Source: Gemmatimonadales bacterium (lineage in GTDB: Bacteria; Gemmatimonadota; Gemmatimonadetes; Gemmatimonadales; GWC2-71-9). Taken from it: a DNA stretch of 64,000 bases. The notes beneath the pieces are model-generated. The model saw only the letters and a program-made list of their open reading frames with translations. It ran no database searches and was not told the origin of the DNA. Location: positions 4,849 through 68,848 of the forward strand of contig JBIOTT010000024.1 of assembly GCA_044866195.1 (NCBI GenBank), in the 5' to 3' direction. Of this stretch, positions 26,914-35,903 are shown one piece after another (position 1 is the first letter of the stretch; every line of letters begins with the position of its first letter). A program made the position numbers and the translations under genes.

Positions 26914-28131
26914 TCAGAGGCGGGCCGCGGTCCGCCGCGCCAGATCGAGGAAACGACCCCGAAAGGCGGGTGTAGAAAATCGGAGAGCGAGATCCCGACA
27001 TCGGTCACGGGGCGGTGGATCGCCCGATTCCAGGAGCCTCATTCCCGCCGCCAGCGCCTCGGCGGTCTGCTCGCCAACCAGAACGCCGCCCGGCTCATCT
27101 CGGGGCGGGCCGCCGAGCAGGACGCCGTGCCGCGCTCCCACCACGTCGAGCATTCCGCCTCGACCGAGGCCCACGACCGGAACGCCCGTGGCGAGCGCCT
27201 CCACGCCGACGATGCCGAAGTCCTCCTCGCCGGGAAACAGGAGCGCCCGGGCACCCGCCAAGACCTCGTGCTTGGTGCGGTCGGACACCCAGCCCAGGAA
27301 CTCGACCGATCGCCCCGCGCCTACCGATCGCGCCACCGCCTCGAGCCGGGACCGCTCCGGGCCCTGCCCGATCACCACCAGCCGCCGCCCCGCCAGGGCG
27401 GCAGCTCGAACGGCTAGGTCGAGTCGCTTGTATCCGACCAGCCGCGACATGGCAACGTAGTAATCTCCTGGTGGCCCGTTCCCCAATGGGATCGCATCGA
27501 CCTCGACTGGCGGGTGCAGTACCGCGGCGGGTCGCCGGTAGGTCCGCCAGATGCGCTGGGCCACCACCCGCGAGATCGCCACGTATCGGTGGACCCGTGC
27601 CGACGTCGCCACATCCCAAACCGCGAGATCGCGAAGAAGCCCGCGGATCCAGGGACGCAGGACCGCCGGAACCCCCGCTAGATAGTCGGGGAGCAGATCG
27701 TGCGCGTACCGCATAGGCGAGTACACGTACGCCAAATGCCGCTGGTAGCTGCGGTGCGAAACGCTCTTCGCCACCGCGTGAGAGCTGGACACGATGAGCG
27801 CCGCATCGCCGACGTCCAGCGTCTGGACCGCGTCAGCGAACCAGGGGAGCAGGACCTTGCGGAGCCGCACCGCATTCGGCACCCGGCCCAGATAGCTCTG
27901 GCGGACCCGCGCGGGGTCGATGCCCAGAGCCGGTAGCACCCGGGTGTCAGTGAACAAGGTGAGGATGGGCGCGCTGGGGAAGAGCGTCGCCAGTTCGCGC
28001 AGCACCTGCTCTGCCCCGTGCACCCCTCCAATCCAATCGTGCACCAGCACGACGGGCGGGCCGTCCCACACCTCCGAGGCGCTTCCCGTCCGAGGCACCA
28101 CGTCAGTCGAGGCGATCACCCCTGAGCTCAC
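26914..28131 (-). CDS. Glycosyltransferase, GT4-like
   Basis: C-terminal motif FPGEEDFGIVGVEALATGVPVV. Start re-picked at GTG 28131 (GTGA overlap with the epimerase stop). The 833-aa track ORF is a frame read-through artefact. Confidence 0.8.
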   Translation of the reverse strand: MSSGVIASTDVVPRTGSASEVWDGPPVVLVHDWIGGVHGAEQVLRELATLFPSAPILTLFTDTRVLPALGIDPARVRQSYLGRVPNAVRLRKVLLPWFADAVQTLDVGDAALIVSSSHAVAKSVSHRSYQRHLAYVYSPMRYAHDLLPDYLAGVPAVLRPWIRGLLRDLAVWDVATSARVHRYVAISRVVAQRIWRTYRRPAAVLHPPVEVDAIPLGNGPPGDYYVAMSRLVGYKRLDLAVRAAALAGRRLVVIGQGPERSRLEAVARSVGAGRSVEFLGWVSDRTKHEVLAGARALLFPGEEDFGIVGVEALATGVPVVGLGRGGMLDVVGARHGVLLGGPPRDEPGGVLVGEQTAEALAAGMRLLESGDPPPRDRCRDLALRFSTPAFRGRFLDLARRTAARL

Positions 28132-29078
28132 TGGACCTCTTTCACCGCGCTGGTGGCGATGACGTGCTCGACAACTCGCCGGACCCCTTCCTCGAGCCCC
28201 ACCACCGGCTCCCATCCCCAGGCCGCGCGCGCGAGGCTCGCGTCGAGGCAAATGCGCGACACCTCGCCAGGCCGCGCCGGCGCGAACGTCGGCGGGCGCT
28301 CGTATCCGGTCGCGGCTGCCACCGCTCGGAAGATCGCGATGTCCGCGACCTCCCTGCCCCAGCCCAGGTTGGCCACCACGCCGCTCGGGCCCCGCACGGC
28401 TCGCAGGTTGGCCTCCACTACGTCGGCAACGTAGACATAATCCCGCGTCTTGCTCCCGTCGCCGAAAATGAACACCTCTTCCCCCCGCAGCATCCGGCCG
28501 GTGAAGATTGCGATCACGCCCGCCTCGCCGTCCGGCCGTTGCCGCGGGCCGTAGACGTTGGGAAAGCGGAGCGCCGCGTACTCGATCTCGCCTCGGCTCG
28601 CATAGACGCTCAGATAGTGCTCCAGCGACAGCTTGCTCGCCCCGTACTCCGAGATGGGATACGCCGGCTCGGTCTCCTTCACCGGCAGTCTTGCGGGATC
28701 GACGTTCCCATAAACCGCGCCGCCGGTCGAGGCATACACCAGCCGCCGCACCCCGGCCCCGATCGCCTCGCGGATCAGTCCCAGGCCGCCGATCACGTTC
28801 ACCCGCGCGTCGAAGTCGGGCTCGCGAGTGGAGCGGCGCACGTCCATCTGGGCGGCGAGGTGGAAGATGATCTCGGGCCGGAACCGGCGGAGGATCCGCC
28901 GGACCGCTCCCGTATCGCACAGATCGGTCTCCCAGAACTCCACCGCGTCGGCGACGTTGGCTCGGAGCCCGGTGGACAGGTCGTCGAGGGTCCCGACCTC
29001 GTGGCCGTCGGCCAGGAGGCGGTCGGCGATGTGCGAGCCGATGAATCCGGCGGCGCCGGTGACGAGTACTCTGCTCAT
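28128..29078 (-). CDS. NAD-dependent nucleotide-sugar epimerase/dehydratase (SDR)
   Basis: MSRVLVTGAAGFIGSH Rossmann motif and YGASK catalytic motif. Confidence 0.85.
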   Translation of the reverse strand: MSRVLVTGAAGFIGSHIADRLLADGHEVGTLDDLSTGLRANVADAVEFWETDLCDTGAVRRILRRFRPEIIFHLAAQMDVRRSTREPDFDARVNVIGGLGLIREAIGAGVRRLVYASTGGAVYGNVDPARLPVKETEPAYPISEYGASKLSLEHYLSVYASRGEIEYAALRFPNVYGPRQRPDGEAGVIAIFTGRMLRGEEVFIFGDGSKTRDYVYVADVVEANLRAVRGPSGVVANLGWGREVADIAIFRAVAAATGYERPPTFAPARPGEVSRICLDASLARAAWGWEPVVGLEEGVRRVVEHVIATSAVKEVQ

Positions 29079-29105
29079 GCCTCTCCCTGTGGGCTTCCGC
29101 CCACC

Positions 29106-29735
29106 TCAATGAGCGCCGCGGCCCCGCAGCACCGCCGCAGGCGTGCGCAGCGCAATGACCAGGTCTCGGCCAAAGCGCCAATGCTCGATGTAGTCGAGAT
29201 CCATACCCACCCGCTCGGCGTAGTCGATCTCTTGCCGCCCCGAAACCTGCCAGAGGCCCGAGAGCCCGGGCCGCACCGCAAGCAGCCGGTCCGCTCCGGA
29301 GCCGTACTTGGCGAGCTCCGCCGGTGTGATCATGCGGGGACCGATCAGGCTCATCTCGCCCCGCAGCACGTTGATCAGCTGCGGTAGCTCGTCGATGGAC
29401 CACTTCCGCAGCCACCGGCCCACCGGGGTGACCCGGGGATCGCGGTGGAGCTTGAAGTTACGCTCGAAGGCGGCGCGGAGGTCCGGATTCTCGGCCAGAA
29501 TGCGGTCGGCGTCGGCCACCATCGTGCGGAGCTTGAGCGCATCGAACGCGCGGCCGCCGAGCCCCACCACCCGGCGCCGGTGGAGTAGCGGTCCCGGCGA
29601 CGTGAGCACGACGAGAAGCGCGGCCACCAGCAACACCGGCGAGACCGCGATGAGCAGCAGCGCCGCGCCCAAGATATCCATCAGCCGTTTGCCGGGATGC
29701 CCGACGCTGGGGTGGCGGTCGGCTGCCCCCGTCAT
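29106..29735 (-). CDS. Small phosphoglycosyl (sugar) transferase, Bac_transf family
   Basis: KRLMDILGAALLLIAVSPVLL, KLRTM, DPRVTPVGRWLRKWSIDELPQLINVLRGEMSLIGPR and RPGLSGLWQVSGR. Start ATG 29735 (ATGA overlap). Confidence 0.85.
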   Translation of the reverse strand: MTGAADRHPSVGHPGKRLMDILGAALLLIAVSPVLLVAALLVVLTSPGPLLHRRRVVGLGGRAFDALKLRTMVADADRILAENPDLRAAFERNFKLHRDPRVTPVGRWLRKWSIDELPQLINVLRGEMSLIGPRMITPAELAKYGSGADRLLAVRPGLSGLWQVSGRQEIDYAERVGMDLDYIEHWRFGRDLVIALRTPAAVLRGRGAH

Positions 29736-30349
29736 CCGCGCTCGGCGCGCGCTGCCTCGCGCACCGCGTAGGTGAGCGCATGGTGCAGCACGACCTGGGC
29801 CGATTCCACCCACCCGTAGTCGTCGCTGGGGATCAGGATCGGGACGTCTACCAGGTCGCGCGCCTTCCCGCCGCTCCGTCCCAGCAGACCCACGGTCCGG
29901 ATGTCGAGGCTGGCCGCGGTCGCTAGCAACGCCAGCAGGTTAGGCGAGCTGCCGCTCACGGACACCACCACCAGCGCATCGCCCCGGCGGCCCAGCACCT
30001 CGAGCTGCTCGGCGAAAACTCTGTCGAACGCGGTGTCGTTGGCCCATGCGGTCAAGAGGCCGGCGTTATCCGCCAGCGACAGCGCCCGAGTGCCGCGTCC
30101 GCCCCGCGAGCGCCCGGCTTTCTGCAGGTCCAGCGCGAGGTGGGACGCCGTCGCCGCGCTCCCGCCATTCCCCGCCACGAAGATCGTACCGTCATGGTTG
30201 CGGGTCTCCACCAGCACGGCCGCCGCCCGCTCGACCGCCTCGGCGTCGATGCCGCGAATGGCCTGCGCCGCCTCGCGCAGCCATCGCGCGGCGGCCAGCC
30301 CCCCCGGCAGCCCCGCCGGCGCTTCCGACGCGGGGATCGGCTCGCTCAT
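29732..30349 (-). CDS. gmhA: SIS-domain sedoheptulose-7-phosphate isomerase (GmhA-like)
   Basis: IFVAGNGGSAATASHLALDL and VVVSVSGSSPN. Start ATG 30349 (ATGA overlap). Confidence 0.8.
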   Translation of the reverse strand: MSEPIPASEAPAGLPGGLAAARWLREAAQAIRGIDAEAVERAAAVLVETRNHDGTIFVAGNGGSAATASHLALDLQKAGRSRGGRGTRALSLADNAGLLTAWANDTAFDRVFAEQLEVLGRRGDALVVVSVSGSSPNLLALLATAASLDIRTVGLLGRSGGKARDLVDVPILIPSDDYGWVESAQVVLHHALTYAVREAARAERG

Positions 30350-31791
30350 CGATCCGGCCCCAGGTAGTGCCAGGCGGCCGGGGCACGAATGCCCACCGGA
30401 GGCGACGGCCGGGAAATGGGAGCGGGCGGCCCGAGCCAGGGCTCGTCCGCCGCGGCGGCCTCGGTGTGCCACCGGGACAGGGCGCCCACGCCGCCGAGCA
30501 TGCGCCCCGCGAGGCCGCGGACCGTCAGGTAGAGAATCTGGGCATCGAGCGCGATGGAATAGTTGCGGACGTAGTACAGATCCAGAGCCGCCCGCTCCTC
30601 GACGGTCAGGCTCGCGCTGTTGAGCCGCCACAGCCCGGTGAGCCCCGGCAGCATGGACGAGAGGCTGCTCCACCAGCGCTCGTGCGAGCGCAGCTCGCGC
30701 GGCTCGATCGGGCGAGGTCCGACCAGGCTCATCTCACGCCGGAGCACGTTGAAGAGTGCTGGGAGCCGAGCCAGGGCTGGCGAGCGCACCAGCCCGGCGT
30801 GCAGGCCCATCAGCTCGAACGCTCCACTCGCGCTCAGCACCCGTTCCCGACTGACCAGGGGCACGCCGCGCGAGCGGGCCTTGAGCCACCAGTAGATCCA
30901 CGCCGGCGTGAGGGCCACTGCCAGCAGCAGCGCCACGCCCGAATCGATCAGGCTTTTTGCGCCCGCTCCCCAGCCCCGCAACCGGGTGGGATAGAGATAG
31001 AGCAGTGGAACGTGTCCGACGTGGGTCATCTCGGTCGAAGTGGTGAGCAGGTCGTAGAAGGTGGGAGACACCCACGCTTCGACCCGCCGGTCAGGCCGGG
31101 TAACCAGCTCGGCCAGGTGCCGCTGGCTTTCCCAGCTCAACGCGCCGCCGATGATGATGATCTGCTCGACCTCGAGCCGATCGGCCGCGGCCGCCGCATG
31201 CAACGGATGGTCCACCACGGCCAGCCCGTCGGCGATCTCGGTGCCGGGGCGCTGGTAGTCATCCAGGAAGCCGACCACCTCAGTACCATGCCGCGGATCG
31301 CGCAGTTGCCGGGCGACCGCGATGCCGTGCTGGTTGCCGCCCGCGATGAGAACCCGGCGCAGCCACTGCCCCCGCCCGAGGTGCCGCTGGATCACCCGCC
31401 GCCACAGCAGCCGGCCCCCCACCAGCCCCACCATGCTGCCCAGCCAGGCCATCACCAGCCAGGAGCGGGAAACGAACGGAGGGCCGCCGAGGAAGTAGCT
31501 CAGCATCACCACGCCCACAACACCGTAGGTCGAGGTCCCGATCAGGCGGGGATAGAGCGGATAGGTCCCGAGCAGCGCCCACCGCCGGTAGAGGCCCTGG
31601 CCCCACGCCAGCATCACCGTCACCAGCGCCACCGAAGCTGCCAGCACCGGGTACACCGGCCAGACGTGGCCGCCGACCTGACGCGCCAGCAGCTGCTGGT
31701 GCGCCACGATGGCCACGCCGTAGCCGGCGAGCACCGCGAGCGCGTCAGTCGCCAGGATGGCTAGACGAACGCCGCGCCAGACCCGACCCAT
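30346..31791 (-). CDS. Large polyprenyl-phosphate glycosylphosphotransferase (WbaP/EPS type, with central nucleotide-binding-like domain)
   Basis: N-terminal TM helices, RVLIAGGNQHG, and C-terminal LPALFNVLRREMSLVGPRP...LPGLTGLW. Start ATG 31791, overlapping the upstream gene by 31 nt. Confidence 0.8.
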   Translation of the reverse strand: MGRVWRGVRLAILATDALAVLAGYGVAIVAHQQLLARQVGGHVWPVYPVLAASVALVTVMLAWGQGLYRRWALLGTYPLYPRLIGTSTYGVVGVVMLSYFLGGPPFVSRSWLVMAWLGSMVGLVGGRLLWRRVIQRHLGRGQWLRRVLIAGGNQHGIAVARQLRDPRHGTEVVGFLDDYQRPGTEIADGLAVVDHPLHAAAAADRLEVEQIIIIGGALSWESQRHLAELVTRPDRRVEAWVSPTFYDLLTTSTEMTHVGHVPLLYLYPTRLRGWGAGAKSLIDSGVALLLAVALTPAWIYWWLKARSRGVPLVSRERVLSASGAFELMGLHAGLVRSPALARLPALFNVLRREMSLVGPRPIEPRELRSHERWWSSLSSMLPGLTGLWRLNSASLTVEERAALDLYYVRNYSIALDAQILYLTVRGLAGRMLGGVGALSRWHTEAAAADEPWLGPPAPISRPSPPVGIRAPAAWHYLGPDR

Positions 31792-32831
31792 CGTCCCTCC
31801 GGATAGTCCAGCCCGGGAATCTCGGGCATGGAGTTCACCAGCACCTGCGCGCCGCCGTCGTCGAAGTGGAACGTCATGCGGGTGAGCCCCTCGGCCTCCA
31901 GAACCTGAGTGACCACCGGCTGGTGCTCGGGCTCGCAGAAGAGCAAAAGGAACCCCCCACCACCGGCCCCGGCGATCTTGCCGCCGCTGGCCCCGTGCTC
32001 CAGCGCGAGTTGGTACAGCCGGTCGATGCGTTCGTTGCTGATCCCGGCGGCGAGCCGCTTCTTCCGCTGCCATGACTCGTGCAGGACCTGCCCGATCTGA
32101 CGCACGTCTCCCGCCCGCAGCGCGTCGCGCGCGATCTCGGCGTCCCGCTTGATGCCGTGCAAGCTCTCGATCACCGTCGCGTCCTGCTCCTGGGAGGAGG
32201 CTCGCTGCTCCCGGAGAATCGTGGCCGCGTTTCTGGAGGCCCCGGTGTAGAACAGGAGCAGGCTGCGCTCGAGCTGGTCGCGGATCGGCAGCGGAAGCTC
32301 CAGCGGCCGGACCACAGTGCGGGCGGCGGTGAACTCGATCGCATTCAGGCCGCCGAAGGACGCGGCGAACTGGTCCTGCAGACCGATGGGCCGTCCCAGC
32401 TTCCCGATCTCGATGTACGAAGCCAGCTCCGCCACTTCCTGCTTGGTGGCGCGCCGCTGGCACAACGTGGCGAGCGCTTTGATGAGCGCCACCGCCACCG
32501 TGCTCGAGCTGCCCAGCCCGGTTCCCGGGGGAATTTCGCTTGCCGTGAACACCGAGAGCCCGCGGGTGACGCCGAATTCGTGGAGGATCGACTTCAGGTA
32601 GCCGAGCTCGCCGTCGAACGAGAGCACCACCCCGGGTGCCTGCCGCTCGAAGACCCGGAAATCCGAGGACGTGATCTGAACCGCGTCGTCGATCGTCCGG
32701 GTGGCGATGACGTAGAAGTAGCGGTTGATGGTGGCGCTGACGACCAGCCCCCCGTAGCGCGCGTAGTAGGCCTCGAGGTCGGTGCCGCCTCCGGCGAACG
32801 AGATGCGCAATGGCGCCCGGGCGATCAACAT
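31761..32831 (-). CDS. hddA: GHMP kinase, D-glycero-alpha-D-manno-heptose-7-phosphate kinase-like (HddA)
   Basis: Begins MLIARAPLRISFAGGGTDLEAYY. GHMP motif is PPGTGLGSSSTVAVALI. Start ATG 32831. Confidence 0.8.
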   Translation of the reverse strand: MLIARAPLRISFAGGGTDLEAYYARYGGLVVSATINRYFYVIATRTIDDAVQITSSDFRVFERQAPGVVLSFDGELGYLKSILHEFGVTRGLSVFTASEIPPGTGLGSSSTVAVALIKALATLCQRRATKQEVAELASYIEIGKLGRPIGLQDQFAASFGGLNAIEFTAARTVVRPLELPLPIRDQLERSLLLFYTGASRNAATILREQRASSQEQDATVIESLHGIKRDAEIARDALRAGDVRQIGQVLHESWQRKKRLAAGISNERIDRLYQLALEHGASGGKIAGAGGGGFLLLFCEPEHQPVVTQVLEAEGLTRMTFHFDDGGAQVLVNSMPEIPGLDYPEGRWVGSGAAFV

Positions 32832-32833
32832 CG

Positions 32834-33568
32834 TTACGCCGCTCGGGGCGGTGCGAGCCGCCCACTTTCGACCAGGGTGGTTGCCGCGGCGAGCCGCTCG
32901 TGCGAGCCGATATCGATGACCAGAGCGTCCGACCGGATCCCCAAGACGCGAGACCCTGCCCGGAGGAGAACCGGGAACAGGTCGAAAGCAAAGTCCTGGA
33001 ATCCCTCCCGGGGGACAAAATCCCAGACCCGCGGACCCAGAACATAGATCCCGGCGTTGGCCCAGGCCTCCGGAGCATTCCACTCGGCGGGTTTCTCGAT
33101 CAGCGAGCGCACCCAGCCCGCGCCGTCCAGGGCTACCATGCCAGCGCGCCGCGGGTCCTCCACCTGGGTCAGGACGATCGTGGCGTCGGCCTTTGCCCGG
33201 CGATGCGCGACCAGCACCGGCTCGAGCCGGAGGTCCGTCAGCACGTCACCGTAGACCACGAGAAACGGATCCTCGCCGGCCAGAAAGCCGCGCAACGGAA
33301 CCAGGGCGCCGGACGACCCGAGCAGCACAGGCTCCCAGGAATACCGGACCGAGAGCCCGAAGGCCGACCCGTCGCCCACGAAGCGCATAAGCGGCTCGGG
33401 CTTGTAGTGCGTGTTGATGGCCACTTCGGACACGCCGTTTGCCCGCAGCCACTCGAGGCCATAGGCCACCATGGGCGCGCCGGCCACGGGCACCATCGGC
33501 TTGGGCCGATCGGCGGTGAGCGGGCGAAGCCGCTGTCCTTCCCCCGCAGCGAGCAGCAGCGCCTTCAC
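32834..33568 (-). CDS. Sugar-1-phosphate nucleotidyltransferase (HddC-like)
   Basis: MKALLLAAGEGQRLRPLTADRPKPMVPV, an NTP_transferase signature. Confidence 0.75.
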   Translation of the reverse strand: MKALLLAAGEGQRLRPLTADRPKPMVPVAGAPMVAYGLEWLRANGVSEVAINTHYKPEPLMRFVGDGSAFGLSVRYSWEPVLLGSSGALVPLRGFLAGEDPFLVVYGDVLTDLRLEPVLVAHRRAKADATIVLTQVEDPRRAGMVALDGAGWVRSLIEKPAEWNAPEAWANAGIYVLGPRVWDFVPREGFQDFAFDLFPVLLRAGSRVLGIRSDALVIDIGSHERLAAATTLVESGRLAPPRAA

Positions 33569-34197
33569 GCAGCCACGGACCCGGCCCGCTCGAGCTCGGC
33601 TCGGAGGGACCCGCCTTGCGGCACCCAGCTGGCTTGCTCGGCAGCGCAGTCCAGGCGGACACAGGAAGCATTGGGGATGGTCAGCCGCTTATAGGCGGCG
33701 AGCGGACACCGCAGGGTGGACAGGACTCCCACCCGGATCGGCGCGACGTGCGTCACGAGGAGCGTGGGCAGGTGGCTGGCACGGGCATCCGCGACGGCCC
33801 CCGCTATCCGCGCCGCTACCTGCGCCAGCGTTTCACGCCCTTCGATCCGGACCTGGTCGGGATGGGTCAACCAGAGGCTGTACTCCTCGGGAAAGTCCCG
33901 AGCAACCTCGGCCTCGGTACGCCCTTCCCAGGCGCCCAGGCGCATTTCGTCCAGCCGCTGGTCGATCGTAAGCGGAAGGCACAGCCGGTCGCGAAGGAGG
34001 GTGGCAGACTCGAGAGCCCGCCACACCGAGCTGGACCAGATCTGCCGGATGCCCAGCACCTTGATCTGCCGGGCCAGGCGGATGACCTCGGAACGGCCAC
34101 GGCGGGTAAGCGGCTCGTTCTGGCGGCCGGCGTAGACGCCGGCGCGGTTGGACTCCGTCTCGCCGTGGCGGGCGAGAAAGACGGGATGTGCGATCAA
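33565..34197 (-). CDS. Histidine phosphatase (phosphoglycerate-mutase) family protein
   Basis: The FLARHGETESN motif (RHG catalytic signature). 210 aa, first gene of the operon, with an ATGA overlap onto the nucleotidyltransferase gene. Confidence 0.8.
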   Translation of the reverse strand: MIAHPVFLARHGETESNRAGVYAGRQNEPLTRRGRSEVIRLARQIKVLGIRQIWSSSVWRALESATLLRDRLCLPLTIDQRLDEMRLGAWEGRTEAEVARDFPEEYSLWLTHPDQVRIEGRETLAQVAARIAGAVADARASHLPTLLVTHVAPIRVGVLSTLRCPLAAYKRLTIPNASCVRLDCAAEQASWVPQGGSLRAELERAGSVAA

Positions 34198-34463
34198 GGC
34201 CGTTCCTTTCGCAAGGCGTTCCTTCTCGCAGCCGCCGGGGACCGACGGGCGGACGGCTTCTCGTTCCTGCTGTGAACTCAGAGTACGCGCACCAGGCGCA
34301 GCAGTTGAAATCGGGTCTGCCGCGTCCGCCGAACGGATACGTCTGTCACCTCAGGAATGCACGAGAATGCAACGTCCGTACATCCCGCTGTCTTGTTTGA
34401 ATACGACCCGCGGCATAAGTAAAACCCGGTAACTTCCTGTCAGGCAAGAGAATGGCATGTGCC

Positions 34464-34482
34464 GGTCAAGCGCGGGTCAAGC
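34464..34482. promoter_or_regulatory. Direct repeat GGTCAAGC-N3-GGTCAAGC (11-bp period)
   Basis: Seen at 34464-34471 and 34475-34482 in the 566-bp intergenic region. The spacing is typical of winged-helix response-regulator sites. Confidence 0.3.
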
Positions 34483-34678
34483 CTTCCTCACCTGGCGAAC
34501 TTAGATGGCCACACCTCGAAACATTTCCCGCCGGGCAAGAGAGATACCATTTGGGTCACAGCGGGGTGAATCACGATCCGCGCGCTAACACTTCACCGAG
34601 CTGCACATTCCCACTACGGCGGCCGTCACGTGACGCTGCGCGTCGGCCACTGGCGCCCCGGCGCTCCATTCGCTATGA

Positions 34679-34694
34679 TGTGAAATAATTCACA
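34679..34694. promoter_or_regulatory. CRP/FNR-family-type palindrome TGTGA-N6-TCACA
   Basis: tgtgaaataattcaca has both half-sites perfect. It lies ~70 nt upstream of the isocitrate-lyase-family ATG, and a TATGAT hexamer (34674-34679) overlaps the left half-site. Confidence 0.45.
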
Positions 34695-34698
34695 ACCT

Positions 34699-34738
34699 CC
34701 GGCGCGTCCCCAGTCGGCGCGCTGGCGGGTCTTTTTTT
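34699..34738 (+). terminator. Terminator/attenuator-like GC hairpin followed by T7 run in the leader of the isocitrate-lyase-family gene
   Basis: ccggcgcg-tccccagtcgg-cgcgctgg, or alternatively ccccag/ctgg(c)ggg, followed by tcttttttt. It ends ~25 nt before the ATG at 34764. Confidence 0.4.
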
Positions 34739-34763
34739 CTGAGCCCCTCGCGGAGAAACCGCC

Positions 34764-35897
34764 ATGGCGACGACAGCCGCTCCGGTGTCCCCCAACGCCA
34801 CCTATCCTGCCGAGGCGATCGCCAAGTTGTTCGCGCCGCCCGAGCGCGAGGTGCCGGCCGTCAAGCTCCGGCGCTTGCTGAACGAGGCCAAGGCCAAGGG
34901 GTCGTATCTTCATACCGCGGGCGCTTATGACGCCTTTTCTGCTGCGATCATGACCCGCCTTGGGTTCAAGTCTTTGTATGGCAGCGGATGGCAGCTCGCC
35001 GCCACCAAGAGCATGTACCCTGACATCGGCATCTATCAGTCGCATCAGATGGTCGAGCTCGTGCTGGAGATCCGAAAGGGCATCGAGGGCGCCCGGAACA
35101 CTCACTGGTATGACACCGAAGGCCGGGAGCTTCTCGACGCACCACCGGCCTTTGTCGACATGGAGGCCGGGTTCGGCGGCCCCACCCAGACCTTCACGCT
35201 GGCGACCGAACTGATCCGCGTCGGAGCGGCCGGCGTGCACCTCGAGAACCAAGACCCGACCAATCGGACCTGCGGTCACATCGTCAACGTAGGCAAGAGC
35301 AAGCGGGATAAGGTCCTGGTCCCCCGGAGCGACTGGCTGGCCAAACTCAAAGCCATCAAGGCGGCCGCTCAGGCCACAGGGGTGGAGGTCGTCGTCATCG
35401 CCCGTACCGACTCGATCGACGGCGCGCTGCCAGGCAGATCGTCCGGAGGGGTCAAGATGGCGATCGAGGACGCTTGGGAGGCCGCCGAGCTTGGGGCGGA
35501 CGTGATCTGGCCGGAGTTCAACAACACCGAGCTGACCCAGCCGCAGGAGTTCTCGGAGGGGGTCCGCAAGCACTACCCGAACCAGATGCTCGGCTTCAAC
35601 CTCTCGCCTTCGCTCTACTTCGGGCGCGCCAAGAAAGCGGGCACGCTGATCACCAACCAGCAGCTCGCGGATCTGGGTTACACGCTTCAGTTCTCGACGC
35701 TATTCAACTTCCGCACGGCGGGAATGGCGATGGAGAAGGGGCTGCGGAAGTTCCTCGCCAGCGGCATCGATGCCCTGGCGGATCTGCAGAACGAGGAGGA
35801 CGAGATGGCCCCCCCGCCGACCACCAAGATGCACCAGAAGTTTGCCGGGATGAACCGGTGGCTGATACTCGAGCAGATCCTGTCTGGGAGCGAGTAG
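34764..35897 (+). CDS. Isocitrate lyase / PEP mutase family protein (short ICL-like)
   Basis: SLYGSGWQLAA, VDMEAGFGG, GVHLENQ, TCGH and IARTDS, all collinear with ICL active-site motifs. The KKCGH motif is replaced by RTCGH. Confidence 0.85.
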   Translation: MATTAAPVSPNATYPAEAIAKLFAPPEREVPAVKLRRLLNEAKAKGSYLHTAGAYDAFSAAIMTRLGFKSLYGSGWQLAATKSMYPDIGIYQSHQMVELVLEIRKGIEGARNTHWYDTEGRELLDAPPAFVDMEAGFGGPTQTFTLATELIRVGAAGVHLENQDPTNRTCGHIVNVGKSKRDKVLVPRSDWLAKLKAIKAAAQATGVEVVVIARTDSIDGALPGRSSGGVKMAIEDAWEAAELGADVIWPEFNNTELTQPQEFSEGVRKHYPNQMLGFNLSPSLYFGRAKKAGTLITNQQLADLGYTLQFSTLFNFRTAGMAMEKGLRKFLASGIDALADLQNEEDEMAPPPTTKMHQKFAGMNRWLILEQILSGSE

Positions 35898-35903
35898 TTC
35901 TTA

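Noticed and set aside
26914-29415. 833-aa minus-strand ORF spanning a glycosyltransferase, the epimerase region and part of the sugar transferase
   Set aside because: Only the C-terminal ~405 aa look like a real protein (GT4). Upstream, the frame runs through the epimerase gene in an alternative frame. It was trimmed to GTG 28131, which overlaps the epimerase stop.
30346-33078. 910-aa minus-strand ORF, and similarly 37305..40334 (1009 aa), 31761..33083, 39412..40833, 40646..41923, 49103..53749 and 53449..55635
   Set aside because: These are N-terminal extensions read through upstream genes in the wrong frame. Real starts were placed at ATG/GTG codons overlapping or just after the upstream stop, where family-typical N-termini begin.
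34452-34688. 78-aa plus-strand ORF and other small ORFs in the 566-bp intergenic region
   Set aside because: No RBS, no recognisable motif, and atypical composition. The region is better explained as regulatory.
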